Part shown: one piece after another, positions 26,171-41,140 of the stretch
Position numbering within the stretch: position 1 is the first letter of the stretch
Layout: each line of letters starts with the position of its first letter
Assembly (NCBI RefSeq): GCF_009914755.1
Contig: NC_060936.1
DNA: 64,000 nucleotides
Reading direction: 5' to 3' (one strand)
Source: the human T2T-CHM13v2.0 reference genome, Homo sapiens
The notes under the pieces: model-generated
What the model saw: the letters and a program-made list of their open reading frames with translations, nothing else
What the model was told of the DNA's origin: nothing
The model's database searches: none
Position numbers and translations under genes: made by a program

Positions 26171-26639
26171 CTCATATAGGCCCTGCACTAAATTATCTTT
26201 TTGGTGAAATAATTATTTTCATCTTTGAAACTCATTATTAGAATGGAGTGATGGAAGATGGAGGTAGGTACACACTAAATGAATAAATTTGTGTTTAAAA
26301 AAGTTAATCATATGACTCAGATGCTAGTCTATATATTTTTTTCTGTCAGTCTCCAGTGTATTTCATTCAGCTTCTTTTATTACTACAAAATATTGATAGA
26401 AAAATTTCTCCAACACATAATTCCTTTATGACATGAAATAAGAAAAACTGCCAGGAGAACTAAAGGTATGGTGCATATAAAAGATAAATATGTACTCATC
26501 AAGTCCTTAAAAGCAATCTTTTATTAACAATAGAAGAAATAAAATCTTGCTCAATGTTGCAATAATGAAAACCTTGTACCAGGAGTTATTTTAAGGCACA
26601 CTAAGCAAATTATGCTTGGTGAACACTGGAAATTTATTG

Positions 26640-27050
26640 ATTCATTCATTCAACAGACATTTATTTAATGGCTGCTGTATTCTAACCACTAGTCTAAGTA
26701 CAACTGATAAAACAGCCCAGACAGGTAGACTCTTCCTCCCACATGGAGATTCCCATCTAGGGGGATGTGCATTTGAAATGGTAAAGGCAGTTCATCACCG
26801 TACTCATTTAAGAATTTCTTACTAGAGACCACGACTGTACCAAATGTCTTCTATGTATAATCATATATTTCAATCCTCCTGTTTACCTTCCTGCTAAGTT
26901 ATTATCACACATATTTAAACATGAATAGCTAAAGCTTAAAATAAGCTAAGTAATTTGTCCAAGGTCCTGCTGATATAAAGTGGCAGAGCTAGAATCCAAA
27001 ATTCAGCTTTTGGGACTAAAAATCCTGTGCTTTTATTCACTATGCTATAT
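26640..27050 (-). mobile_element. L2 3' end (26640-26770) followed by a MIR (26810-27050)
   Basis: 'attcattcattcaacagacatttatt' L2 tail. MIR core 'taagtaatttgtccaaggtc...taagtggcagagctagaatccaaa'. Confidence 0.7.
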
Positions 27051-27093
27051 TGCTGATGTTGTTCATTCTCTCAAAAGCATGCATATCAAAGGG

Positions 27094-27348
27094 AAATAAG
27101 TCAGAAACAAGGTCAAATAACATATTCTCACTTTAAGTGGGAGCTAAATAATGCTTACCCATGGATATAGACAGTGGAATAATAGACATTGGAGACTCCA
27201 AAAGGTGGGAGGATGGTGGGTGTCAGGGATGAAAAATTACCTATTGGGTGCAATGTACACTATTCAGGTGATGGTAAGACTAAAAACATAAACTTTATCA
27301 CCACGCAATATATCCATGTAACAAAACTGCACTTTACACCCGCTAAAA
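27094..27348 (+). mobile_element. L1MA1-3-type 3' end
   Basis: 'ttctcactttaagtgggagctaa...atagacattggagactccaaaagg...gaaaaattacctattgggtgcaatgtacactatt...atccatgtaacaaaactgcact'. Confidence 0.85.
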
Positions 27349-28581
27349 AGCATATATCATCATTTTCTATTTGGCCAAATTTTATTTTTTACACAATGGT
27401 GGGCAAAATAGAAGCAGAAGGCACAATCCATGACCTAAGGAGATTTCTGGTCTATTGAGAGAAATGTATGCATTTGTAAAACAACTATTATTTAAATTTC
27501 TTTTGTGCAGATAAGTTTATAGGCCATAGACATGCAATGGGCATGTCATGGGGGAAGGGGACAGAATTATTTTCTGACATTAATCTCTGTTGAATAATAT
27601 ATTCAACATCTATGACTTTATGTATTATAAAGTGCATTATTAATTTAACAGAAGATTTTAAAGAAATATTGAAATAATAACACATTAAATGTGTCCATTA
27701 TATGCTATACGATGTGTCCTAATGTCGGTTTCATGGAATTGTGAAAAGATTAAATTTTTACAATATTGCATACCATAGTGTAAGAACAATTCATTCCTTA
27801 AAGGTTTAAAAGACTTCACTTTGAAACTGTATGGACACTAAGGCACAATTTAAAAGAGAATCTTCTGGACCACTGATAATTTCTGTCATGGTATTATTAT
27901 TTTTTGTTATTTATGTTTTCCTAGATATTCATCCAATTCATCTAAGTTTTGAAATATTATCATAAATGCAATTTAAAAACTTTATAAATTTATTTAATCC
28001 TGATATCTGCAGTTATTTCTAATTTAAAATGCCTTTTTTTTCCATTTTTATTTCCTCTCTTTTCACTTGATTGGGCTCCCTTTATCTCCCTGCTTATTTT
28101 TTCTATCTTTCTTCTTTATGGTTTCCTAAAGAATCATTTTATTCAAACAGCCAATACTTACATTTGTTTCTCGATGCTATTTATTAATTCATTTATTTTT
28201 GCTTTTATGCTCATTAATTCTAACTGCTTTGCATAGGTATATTTTTCTTTCTTTTATAATTTCTTGAGTTGAATAATAATGTGTAATTTGTCCTTTCTAA
28301 AATACTGTGAATTTTCCTTCAGTACAGCTTGCTTGATCTCATCATTATTTTCCCAAATATTCCATATTTAAGAAATTTTGAGTTTTTCCTATACCTAAGG
28401 ATTTTTTAGAATGTTTTCCAAATAATTCAGCTTTTCTCTCTTTATACTTTCAGTATCAATTTCCAATTTTAATATAATGCACTTCGGAATGTTGTCTAAT
28501 AGCTGGCCAAGGAGATACTTGTAATAAAATGCATTTGCTGTTTGTATAGTATAAAATTTGATTATCTATTAAAACAAGATT

Positions 28582-28989
28582 ATTTTGTCAGTCTATTTCC
28601 ATTGCTATAAAGGAATAACCTGAGAGTGGGCAATTTATAAAGAGAAGAGGTTTAATTGGATCACAGTCTACAGGCTGCACAAGCATCCGCTCAGCTTCTA
28701 GAGAGGACCTCAGGAAGCTTACAATCATAGCAGAAAGCAGTGAAGGGCCAGCATGTCAGAGGGCAAGAGTGGGAGCAAGAGAGAGTGGGGAGACACCACA
28801 CTCCTTTAAACAACTAGATTTCACATGAACTCACTGAATGAGAACTCACTCATCACCAAGATGATGGCACTAAGCCATTCATAAGGGATCCGCCCCCATA
28901 ATCCAATACCTCCCACAGGCCCCACTTCCAACACTGGAGGTCACATTTCAACATGAGATTTGGAGGGGACTAACATCCAAACCATATCA
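28582..28989 (-). mobile_element. MSTB-like solo LTR
   Basis: 'attgctataaaggaata...gaactcactcatcaccaag...ggatccgcccccat...ttcaacatgagatttggagggga...aaaccatatca'. Confidence 0.88.
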
Positions 28990-29303
28990 ACTGTCATTCA
29001 GATTATCCATGCTCTAGTTAGTCCTTGAACGTTTTATCTGAAAGTAACTGAGAAAATTGTATAAGATCTTCTAATGTCATTATAGTTCTGTTAATTACTT
29101 TTGTTGTTGTAGTTTCTGCTTTTAAATTTCAATGATATTATTCAGGATTTAAATGTTTGTGGTAGTGTGTCTTCAGCACTAAAACTGACACTTCGGTCTT
29201 ATTTAATAAGTCAACATAATGGAATATTGAACGTGATATTGTTTGTAACAGAAATAAATTTGAGACAACCTGAAGGTCCATCAATAAGGGACTAGTTAAA
29301 TTT

Positions 29304-29328
29304 TATATATATATATATATATATATAT
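29304..29328. repeat. (TA)n microsatellite within an old L1ME 3' fragment (~29230-29470)
   Basis: About 12 TA units are directly visible. Confidence 0.9.
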
Positions 29329-29483
29329 CCATTAATTCAACCAAGTATTTATATTCATTGAAAATAATGAAGAAACCCTATATGTACTTACACATAACAA
29401 TCTTAAAAAAATTTTTCTACATGAATAAGCAAGGTGCAGAATAACGTGTAGATTCTGTTATCATACATTATCAGGTCCACAGA

Positions 29484-29722
29484 AGGCAGTTTGCCACAGT
29501 AGTAAGAACCCAGCTTCTGAAGTGAGTGTGATTGAACCAAATTTGGTTCCAATTTCCAGTAACTGTGACCTAGGACAAGTTATTTAATGTCTCTGTATCC
29601 TCGCTTGTGAAATGGGAGTAAGAATTAAGTATCTATCTGGAGTTTGGGGGAGTATTAAATTAACTAGTACAAGAAAAGTATCTAAAACACTGCTTTACAC
29701 CAGTGGTCAATACATGTTAGTT
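29484..29722 (+). mobile_element. MIR SINE
   Basis: 'actgtgacctaggacaagttatttaatgtctctgt...gtgaaatggga...tcaatacatgttag'. Confidence 0.8.
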
Positions 29723-29810
29723 GATTAACATTTAAAGCCAAAAAAAAAAAAAGACGAAGAAAAGGAAAAAATTCATATACAAATGAGTAGATAGGTAGAT
29801 ATAGATAGAT

Positions 29811-30441
29811 AGATACGGTTTGGCTCTCTGTCCCCACCCAAATCTCATGTCAACTTGTAATTCCCAGTGTTGGAGGAGGGGCCTGGTGGTAGGTGCTTAG
29901 ATCATGGGGGTGGATTTTCCCCTTACTGTTCTCATGATCGTGAGTGAGTTCTCACAAGCTCTGGTTGTTTAAAAGTGTGTAGCACTTCCCCCTTCACTCT
30001 CTCTGTTCCTCCTGCTCTACCATGTGAAGAAGGTGCGCTTGTTTGCTTCCCCTTCACCCTTCCACCATGACGGTAACTTTCCGGAGGAATCCCCAACTAT
30101 GCTCCCTGTACAGCCTGTGGAACTGTGAGTCAAATAAACCTCTTTTCTTCATAAATTACCCAGTTTCAGATACATCTTTATAGCAGTGTGATAATGGACT
30201 AATACAAAGAATTGGTAGTAGGAAAGTGAGGCATTGCGATAAACATGCCTGAAAATATTGGGAGCAGCCTTGGAACTGGGCAATGAGCAGAGGTTGGAAG
30301 AGTTTGGAGGGCTCAGAAGCAGACAGGAAGATGAGGGAAGGTTTAGAACTTCCTAGAGACTTGTTGAACAGTTTTGACCAAAATGCTGATAGTGATATGT
30401 ACAGAAAAGTCCAGGCTGAGATAGTCTCAAATGGAAACGAG
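29811..30441 (+). mobile_element. MSTA LTR (29811-30206) plus truncated MSTA-internal (30207-30441)
   Basis: 'gatacggtttggctctctgtccccacccaaatctcatg...ggactaataca', then 'aattggtag...gagggctcagaagcagacaggaagatgaggg'. Preceded by an imperfect (GATA)n. Confidence 0.9.
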
Positions 30442-30814
30442 TAAATCAAAGGCTTCAGGTGGCAACACGTGTGTGTGCATGTTACTTAAATGCACACATG
30501 TATGTGTCTACCCCTAATACTTAAGTGCATACATGCATATAAATATATTGATATGTGCTTCCATTTAAGGATAAGTCATTTAACTCACGCAACGGTCCAC
30601 TAGACTCAATTTTTTGATATCTGAAACCCTGTACTTTTCAGCAACTGTCATGATGCCTGGTACACAGTAGGTACTCAAGAAATGTTTCCTGAATGAATGA
30701 ATGAATGGACACTGTAGAATAGGTGTTAAAACCCTGATGCTCAAGATGTGGCTCTCCCAGTATCAAGGAGTTAGTAAAATATATTTCTGATGGGATTTTC
30801 TTCTTCATTTCCTT

Positions 30815-30974
30815 TTTATTCAAAGTCCTCCTTGGACCAGAAGTATCAATATCACTTGGGAGTCTATTAGAGATGCAGAATCTCTGGCCCTACCCCACAT
30901 ATACTGATACTGAATCTTCATTTTAACCAGATCCCCAGATGAAGTGTATGTAGCTGAAAGTTGGAGAAGCACTG
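30815..30974. mobile_element. MER5A hAT-Charlie MITE
   Basis: 'ttagagatgcagaatctctggccctacccca...ttttaaccagatccccag...aaagttggagaagcactg'. Confidence 0.85.
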
Positions 30975-31128
30975 TGCTATTGTGCCCTATGTCTTAGAAA
31001 AATGAGAAGGTGAGCTAGAGCGTTCTGGAGGTTTGTGAAGGAAAAATGAAGAATTAAGGTGGAGACATGAATGGGAAGCATTTTGGGGAAGGCTGTGAAT
31101 ACAAGGCTGAGGAATTCATCTTAAAAAC

Positions 31129-32400
31129 CAGGGTTTCCAAAGGAGGAATCTTTGGATTCCAAGGGGGAAAATAGGCAAGCAATCCACTGGGCTATGAGGA
31201 AAAAATTTTCAAACTCATTAATATGTAATTTTTATCTAAAAACAAGAAAGAATTGACTTTACTAATAGTTGTTCTATTTAATGTTCAGCCACACCCATTC
31301 CTACACCACTCATTAGGTTACAATTCAGATAGGTATCATGGGAAACACAATTCCAGCAGCCCACAGTGGCATCCCTCCCTCTCCCCAACTCCTCCCCACA
31401 CCTTGTGCACACTACTGGGTATCAAACTATAGGTAGACTTACTTAAGAAAACCCTTGTCTTAATCATGTTGTTTTAATTAAAAGAGCCTTCACAAAATGA
31501 ACAAGTGGTCTTAAATTATTCCTGAGCAAGAGCACGCTCATGTACATATATGTATGTACACATGTGCTCTCACACACATTGGATACAGGGTTAAAAATGC
31601 AAGCACATGTGAACAAGAAAATGGCAGAGATAATTCTTCTCTTGCATCTGATAAAAGGTGTTAGCCACATTACAAGGGAAAAACAATGACGGTCTCACCA
31701 AATCTGACAAGAAGGCAGCCAACAAGTGAATAATGTAAATGCTTTTCAAAAGAGGCTTATGTTATGAAGTCAGCGTGTCAAAAATGGATGCCTGGAAGTA
31801 TTTCCATGGATTGTGTTTTTGTTGACAATAATAATGTAAGTATATATTCTATAAAAAATGCTTGCATATCTGCATATTTAAAACTGTTGGAGAAAAATGT
31901 ATAACCTAAAAAAAAATCTTCTAAATAGAATTACATTGAGTTTAAACAAATGTAAAAATGCAACACCTTCTGTTTAGTTTGCAAAAACAACTGACTGACA
32001 TAAGGGAAGATGCAAATGTATGAGCTGGCTTTAAGCAAAAACCTTGGCTTCACTGTTGGTTGGGATTGAATAATGAGTATTGTGATTTAGTAAGTGTAAC
32101 CCATCTTGAACTTCAGTTTAGATGTAAATATCTTTGTGAGGTATCTTTCTCAAATGTGACATGTAATAACACCAAGTACTTAAATCAGCTGAATTTAGAA
32201 ATCACCATGACTCGTAAATAAACCAAAAATTTAAAAAATAATAAAATCTATCCAACCATGTTTTTCTCACCAAATATATTGCAAGGGCTAATAAGTTTTA
32301 TACTATTAATAAATGTTAATGTATTTAAATATTTACTTTCTCTACATCAGCATGTCCTCATATTTGTTTTTGTGTATAATTTATAATGCTTGCTGTTATA
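31129..32400 (+). mobile_element. Charlie7-like hAT transposon fossil with a C-terminal dimerisation-domain remnant
   Basis: Around 32057-32200 the sequence translates as WLGLNNEYCDLVS...YLCEVSFSNVTCNNTKYLNQLNLE, matching the hATC motif. The 5' part resembles the recalled Charlie7/MER113 start. Confidence 0.7.
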
Positions 32401-32579
32401 ACTTACAATATGTCACCTTATTTTAGCAAATATAAGTTGTAATCAATTGAAATAGGTAATATAATTGTATGTTCCACTAAGAAAGATAAGAATACTATAA
32501 TTATAATGCCACTAATTGTTTAAAGGCATCAGGTTTCTCAGAGGTTAAAATCTGGTGGAGGGGTAGTACAACTAGAATA

Positions 32580-32965
32580 ATTATGATTAAGTTTGGCTGC
32601 TAATAAAACAAAAACAGCAGTGGCCTTAGCAACATCAGAGTCTTTCTCTTTCCTATAAAACTCTGGAGATATGCAGTTCGGGCCTGGTAGGGGGATGCTA
32701 CTTTGCAAAGATGTCAGTGAACCAAGTTTTTCCATCTCTCTGCTCTGCCATCTCTACAGTGTGGTACAAAGTGAAATCTAAAAAAATGAGAAGTGAAAGA
32801 TAAATGCCAGTTCTTCCTTAAGGAAGGAAGGAAGGTTGCAGAATTTCCCTTACACTTCCATTTACATCCCATTGGCCAGAATCTGGCTGTACAACCAGGC
32901 ACAAGTGCAAAGGAGGCAGAGGAGTGTAGTATTTCTCTAGGTGGTCATGGTGCCAACTACACTAG
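32580..32965 (-). mobile_element. MLT1I/J-like LTR
   Basis: 'cagcagtggcctta...ctctgctctgccatc...ttacatcccattggccagaatct...gcaaaggaggcagaggagtgtag'. Confidence 0.65.
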
Positions 32966-33046
32966 CTTAGGATAGGAAAATATCAGATATTGGAAGATGT
33001 CCATATGTCTATCCATGATACATAATAACTAGCACAGGAATGCACA

Positions 33047-35346
33047 TGTTATGGTTCGGCTGTGTCCCCACCCAAATCTTATCTTGAATTGTAACTCCCA
33101 CAATTCCCATGTGTTGTGGGAGGAACCTGGTGGGAGTTGAATCATGGGGGTGGGTCTTTCCCGTGCTGTTCCTGTGATAGTGAATAAGTCTCACGAGATC
33201 TGATGGTTTTAAAAATGGGAGTTTCCCTGCACAAGCGCTCTCTCTTTGTCTGTTGCAATCCATGTAAGATGCGACTTGTTTCTCCTTGCCTTCCACCATG
33301 ATTGTGAGGCTTCCCCAGCCACTTGGAACTGTAAGTCTATTAAACCTCTTTCTTTTGTAAATTTTCCAGTCTTGGGTAGGTCTTTATCAGCAGCATGAAA
33401 ATGGACTAATACAGTAAATTGGTACCAGTAGAGGGGGGTGTTGCTGAAAATACACCCAAAAATGTGGAAGGGACTTTGGAACTGGGTAACAGGAAGAGAC
33501 TGGAACAGTTTAGAGGACTCAGAAGAAGACAGGAAAATGTGAGAAAGTTTGGAACTTCCTAGAGACTTGTTGAATGGCCAAAAGCCTGATAGTGATATGG
33601 ATAATAAGGTCCAGGCTGAGGTGGTCTCAAATGGGGATGAGGAACTTGTTGGGAACTAGAGCAAAGGTGACTCTTGTTATGTTTTAGCAAAGAAACTGGA
33701 GGCATTTTGACCCTGCCCTAGAGATTTGTGGAACTTTGAACTTTAGAGAGATGATTTAGGGTATCTGGCAGAAGAAATTTCTAAGCAGCAAAGCACTCAG
33801 GATGTGACCTGAGTGCTGTTAAAGGCATTCAGTTTTAAAAGAGAAACAGCACATAAAACTTTGGAAAATTTGCAGCCTGACAATGTGATAGAAAAGAAAA
33901 TACCATTTTCTGAGGAGAAATTCAAGCCAGCTGCAGAAATTTGCATAAGTAACGAGGAGCTCAATGTTAATCACCAAGACAATGGGGAAAATGTCTCCAG
34001 GGCTTGTTAGAGACCTTTGTGGCAGCCCCTCCCACCACAGGCCCTGAGGTTTAGGAAGAAAATATGGTTGTATGGGCCAGGCCCAGGGTCCCTCTGCTGC
34101 GTGCAGAGGGACTTGGTGCCCTGCATCCCATCTGCTCCAGTGATGATTAAAAGGGGCCAACTGTATGCTCGGGCTGTTGCTTCAGAGGGTGGAAGCCCCA
34201 AGCCTTGGCAGCTTCTATGTGGTGTTGAGCCTGAGGGTGCACAGAAGTCAAGAATTGGGGTTTAGGAACCTCCACCTAGATTTCAGAGGTTGTATGGAAA
34301 CGCCCAGATGCCCAGGCAGAAGTTTGCTACACGGGCAGGGCCCTCATGGAGAACCTCTGCTAAGGCAGTGCATAAGGGAAATGTGGGGTTGAGCCCCCAC
34401 CCAGATTCCCTACTGGGGCACCACCTAGTGGAGCTGCGAGAAGAGGGCCACTGTCCTCTAGACCCCAAAATTGTTGATGTGCCAACAGCTTGCACCGTGC
34501 ACCTGGAAAAGCTGCAGACACTCAACACCAGCCTGTGAAAGCAGCCAGGAGAGGGGCTATATCCTGCAAAGCCAAAGGGGCAGAGCTGCCCAAGGCCACG
34601 GGAGCCCACCTCTTGCATCAGCATGACCTGGATGTGAGACATGGAGATCATTTTGGAGCTTTAAGATTTGACTGCCCTGCTGGATTTCAGACTTGCGTAG
34701 AGCCTGTAACCCCTTTGTTTTGGCCAATTTCTCCCATTTGAAATGGCTGTATTTACCCAATGCATATACCCCCATTGTATCTAGGAAGTAATTAACTTGC
34801 TTTTGATTTTACAGGCTTATAGGCAGAAGGGACTTGCCTTGTCTCAGATGAGACTTTGGACTGTGGACTTTTGGATTAATGCTGAAATGAGTTAAGAATT
34901 TGGGGGACTGTTGGGAAGGCATGATCAGTTTTGAAATGTAAAAATGACATGAGATTTTGGAGGGGCCAGGGATAAAATGATAAAATGATATGGTTTGGTT
35001 GTATCCCCACCCAAATAACATCTTGAATTGTAACTCCCACAATTCCCACGTGACATGGGAGGAAGCTGGTGGGGGGTAATTGAATCATAGGAGTGGGTCT
35101 TTCTCGTGCTGTTCTCATGATAGTGAATAAGCCTCGCAAGATCTGATGGTTTTAAAAATGGGAGTTTCCCTGCACACGCGCTCTCTTTGCCTACTGCCAA
35201 CCATGTAAGACGTGACTTGCTTCTCCTTGCCTTCCATGATGACTGTGAGACCTCCCCAGCCACGTGGAACTGTAAGTCCACTAAACCTCTTTTTCTTCCT
35301 AGTCTCGGTTATGTCTTTATTAGCAGCATGAAAACAGGCTAATATG
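33047..35346 (+). mobile_element. Complete THE1A/B MaLR provirus (5' LTR 33047-33413, internal 33414-34985, 3' LTR 34986-35346)
   Basis: Two direct LTRs 'tg(t/a)tatggtt...ctaata(ca)'. The internal region starts 'gtaaattggtacc'. A purine-rich PPT-like tract precedes the 3' LTR. 5-bp TSD gcaca (33042-33046) / gcacg (35347-35351). Confidence 0.95.
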
Positions 35347-35459
35347 GCACGTATATAGTTTACACATAAATAAATACAGAGAAGGTGCATGCATATAATT
35401 TATTTTGTGGATGCAGGTTTGGAGATAGCTACTGTAGAAAATCATTCTTAAGACCAATG

Positions 35460-35845
35460 AGTATCTTACTTTGGGTTCCCTGGAAGCAGGGCCTGAGATG
35501 GGAATTTTTGTTCAAGTGACTTACTGAGAGAGATTGCTCTCAGAAGAAGGGATGTGAGAAGCAGGGTGGAGCATGGAGAAAAAGCCAAGCAAAAATATGG
35601 GGTCAAATGGAGTCTAGCAAGAGTCTGCTCCCTCAGGAACCACTGGAAACAGATTCCACCAGAATAGTCCCCATCTTGAGAAAAGGGGAAGGTGTTTTGT
35701 GTACCTGATTGGATCTGTTATTGGGCAAAGAATAAGGGGCAGTAATCTCTGAGGCCTGCCAGCTCCTATTTGGCCCAAAGGGCTTCTCTAGAGAGGGGCA
35801 GTATGAGCTGTCTGCAGCAGACATTCACAACAGCTGAGGGATGTC
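35460..35845 (-). mobile_element. LTR16-family ERVL solo LTR
   Basis: 'gggttccctggaagcagggcctgagatggga...caagtgactttactgag...aaaagccaagcaa...ggagtctagc'. Confidence 0.65.
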
Positions 35846-36359
35846 CACTGGTCTCGCTGACCCCATCAACTGATGATCTTCCTTTAATCAAATACATAAT
35901 ACTGTGTATTGCCTTCCTCATTCATTTGCTTTGTTTATTAATTTCATCATTCATTCATTAATTCATTAAGAATCTGCTATGAGCTAGGTGCTAAAAATAT
36001 AAGAATTGTCTAAGCTGGCTAAGCATTATTCACAGCCTCCTCCTACACAGGGACAAAGCTTCAGGTGCTCTATCAAATGGTCCTGTTGTTGAGTGTCAGT
36101 CCTCTGGGGAACCTTTTGCACCTCTGTTACCTGCTCACTTTATCTCATTTGAAATTCTTGGTCCCAAACTATGGTTTTCCCCTGTCTACCAACAATCAAG
36201 AAAAGGTGAGCAGTACCACATGCTGGCTGGATGTTGTGCCTGTACCTCAAAGCCTAACGAATCTGTGTGTTAATCATGGCTTTGTGATTCAGATTCATCT
36301 GCAAAGTGGGATTAATAAAATATTAGGTTATTTGTTTGTGTGGAGAATTAAACTAAATT

Positions 36360-37420
<1,061 letters not shown>

Positions 37421-37606
37421 ACACAGCTGACAATTAATTTTTGGACTCTTGCTCTTATCCAGACACCATTCTAAGGTTTACATTCTCATTTAATGCTCAA
37501 ATTCCACTAGGTAATTATTGGTGTTAGCTTTATTTTATGGATGAGGAAACCAAGGAAAAGATATTAAGTTTCAACTTGAGCTGACAGCTCATTCATTAAA
37601 TGTTCA

Positions 37607-37913
<307 letters not shown>

Positions 37914-40826
37914 GTTCATCCATATTTTTTTAACACCTACTCTTTCAGGCACTTAGGTTGTATCAATGAAACAAAACAGACAAAAACCCCTATCCTCACG
38001 AATCTTACTCTCTTGCACATAGTAAAGGATCAAGCTTGAATTTGGACCTAGCAGTGTGACTCTGGAGCATAAGGCTTTATTTCTACTCCACACACTGACC
38101 CTCAAACAGAATGAACGTTGTGGAGAGACTATAACAGACATTTCATTTTGAAAACTACACCTACCTAACTTCAGGTTATTCATTCATACCACTTTTAATT
38201 TGTTTGGTATTAAGTTTCTCCTGAGTTCTCAAGGAAAAATGAAATGCAAAACAAATCATAATCTCCCTTAGAACTTTATTCCTCTTTATATCCCCAGCAC
38301 CTGACATCTGCTAAGCACACAGTGACAACAAAATACACATTTATTTTGAAAGATGAATGAGGTCCAATTAATTGTTCTCTCCTATGTGCATTACCACTTG
38401 GCTGTTTGTGTGCAAAGCTTCTAGTATTATTTGCTTTGATTTTTTTAGGCAATAGACTCAGAACTTAACTTACTAAGACTATGTCTTATCAAGCACATGA
38501 ATATTTAGAGTGAAAATTGGTGAGGTTTTCACCCCTGCAGGGAAGGCAAGAGCATTGTAGAGAGGCTCAGGGGGAGGACAGAGGCATTAATCTGCAGCTG
38601 TGTTTGACAACAGGAAGGAGGCACTTGCAGTGGGGAGTGGAAAGAATTGGAAAACAAGAAAGAAAGACAGAAAGAAAAGAGGGAGATGGATACAGAAAAT
38701 AAAGGCACTAGTGAGACTGACCACTTTTAATACTATGCAGTAATTTTTAATAAAAGAAAAAATTGATTTAGAATATATTCTTCCTCTCTCTCCTTTCTCT
38801 TGATCTTTTTACACTAATAGATATAATTATTTACATGTAATTTCTTGCTGGTTCAATGTTTAATTTCTACACTTAATGAAGTATTACCATTTGAATAAAT
38901 ATTTAATACTTACAAATACTCAAAAAGCATAAGCCATTCACTTGCTTAATACAATATTTTTTCATCATATGAAGAAAGCTATCATTTAAAAGGGCTTCAC
39001 ATCTTGACCATATTCTCATCATATGCAATATGCCTGGTTATTGCTGTATTGTAGAAAAATGTCCTGGAAAATCTATCAAGTAGTTTAAAAGGTAGAAAAC
39101 AGGGAAGGTGAAAGGAAGTGATATTGCATCCTTGGAATTCCTTCTAGCCATATAATTTCATCACCCTCACACCCAGAGGTTTAACCTGAATGATAGAGTT
39201 ATATAAAATATAAAAAGTAATAAGAAACCAGCGCTTTCACTCTTTCCTGATATTTCCTTCATTGTGCTACATGTGAAATGAGCTAATCTGTTATCGACTC
39301 CTAGAAAAATGGAAGAGAACTGTGCACTGATAAAACATAATTCCTTCTATTATGAATTTTGCCACCTGATCTTGAATATTAATTTAATTGGCATATAGCA
39401 TGCATGCTGTAAATACATATTGGTGACTGTTGATTGAAATAAGGTTCTGGAATGCTGTTGTTATCTGCAAAATTCTAAAGCAGAGTTTTGGAGCACTGTC
39501 CTAGTGAATCCTTCACCCTTGGTCACACATTCAGGTAATACCCACTTCTGCCTTTAGACACTAAAAACAATTATAGCACCAAGATGTATAATTCAGGCTG
39601 CAAATCTCAGAAAACAAAAATGGGTTCACTTTTTCCTGCACACCCTTCCCCATTCTTCAGTGAACATCAGAGAACCAGGGAGATAATCAAATATAGGAGA
39701 ATCTCACATCACAATAATTGCAATTATTTAGCAGCCACCAGAACACACAAAGGCTATTCTTCTTAAATACAACCCTTGAATTCAACCCTTTCTTGAAAAC
39801 AAAAAACGTACCCAATAAAAAGAAGCAGGGTAATTCTGGCTTTTCCATATTGCCGTACTTCCTAAGAAACCACAACAGAATTACCTAGCTTTGATAAGAT
39901 GGCAATAAATGCATGTGACAACCTTCCACAAGGGGAGGTCAAGCCCTTTTTCCTGAACAAGGGGCCTTCAAAACTAGGAATGAAGCTGTAGCCTTAAATA
40001 TTTCAGAAGAAAACCTGTAACCTTCACAGGGATTTTTATTCCAGCTGTGTTCACATTCATTATAATGACTCTGGAGAACAGAACTGACTCATTTTAGATG
40101 ATGACTACATAACTATTCATTTATACTTAATGAGCTTATTCCACCAGGTATATGATGATCTCTAAACAAATAGTGTCATCGAATCACACATGTCAATAGA
40201 CTTGAGTACTAAACTGATTCCACCTTGCAAAGGTAATGATAAACTAGGAAGAAAAAGAGCTGTGTCTAATTAATGAAAATGCCCTTTGTATTTTCTAATG
40301 GTTGAAACATTAACTTGAAAATGGCTTTCCCTGCAATAATTTACAGACAAGCAGTCTTTAATGGGAAAACAATTCAAATTTATGTGCAATTGAACTATAA
40401 TTATTTGATTAACATTATTAAATTCTTGTTGATTCTACAGTCTGGATGAAGTGTATCATTTTTTATAAGTTTCATATGTTGCAGTTTTACGTTTTTCAAC
40501 CTCAGGATTCAATTGATCCTGAAAATGTCCTTAGGAACCTCCTTTTGAGCCTGATGAATAAAACGTAGGTGGCTGGGATTCATTTCACTTGTCTCTTTTC
40601 ATAATGATAATTTTATTTTTATGTTCAAGAAGCACTTGAATAAATCTAGTAGAAGAATTCATGGGATTCTCTGCTGATTTGTGTGTAATTGAAATGATGG
40701 GAATCACTTGACTGAAGGAAGCTCCCTTCAATGAAATGAAATCCATATCTATATATTAAGGTTTAACTAGGTAGTACTGACAACTCAAAGTATTCTCATA
40801 GAGCGCGAAAGACTTATATTAAAAAG

Positions 40827-41140
40827 AGCTGGGCTCAGTGGCTCACACCTGTAATCCCAGAACTTTGGGAGGCCGAGGAGGGTGGATCACCTGAGGTCAG
40901 GAGTTTGCGACCAACCTGGCCAACATAGCGAAACCCTCTCTCTACTAAAAATACAAAAATTAGCCGGGTGTGGTAGCACTTGCCTGTAATCCCAGCTACT
41001 AGGGAAGCTGAGGCAGGAGAATTGTTTGACCCAGGGAGCGGAGGTTGCAGTGAGCTGAGATTGCATCACTGCACTCTGCCCTGGGTGACAGAGCAAAACT
41101 CTGTCTAAAACAAAACAAAACAAAACAACAACAACAAAAC
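40827..41140 (+). mobile_element. AluSx-like with a (CAAAA)n/(CAA)n tail
   Basis: Full Alu. TSD core tattaaaaag at about 40817-40826 and 41142-41151. Confidence 0.95.

Noticed and set aside
33813-35390. Cluster of overlapping 65-122-aa ORFs
   Set aside because: All lie in THE1 internal or LTR sequence, and the ancestral MaLR ORF is fragmented.
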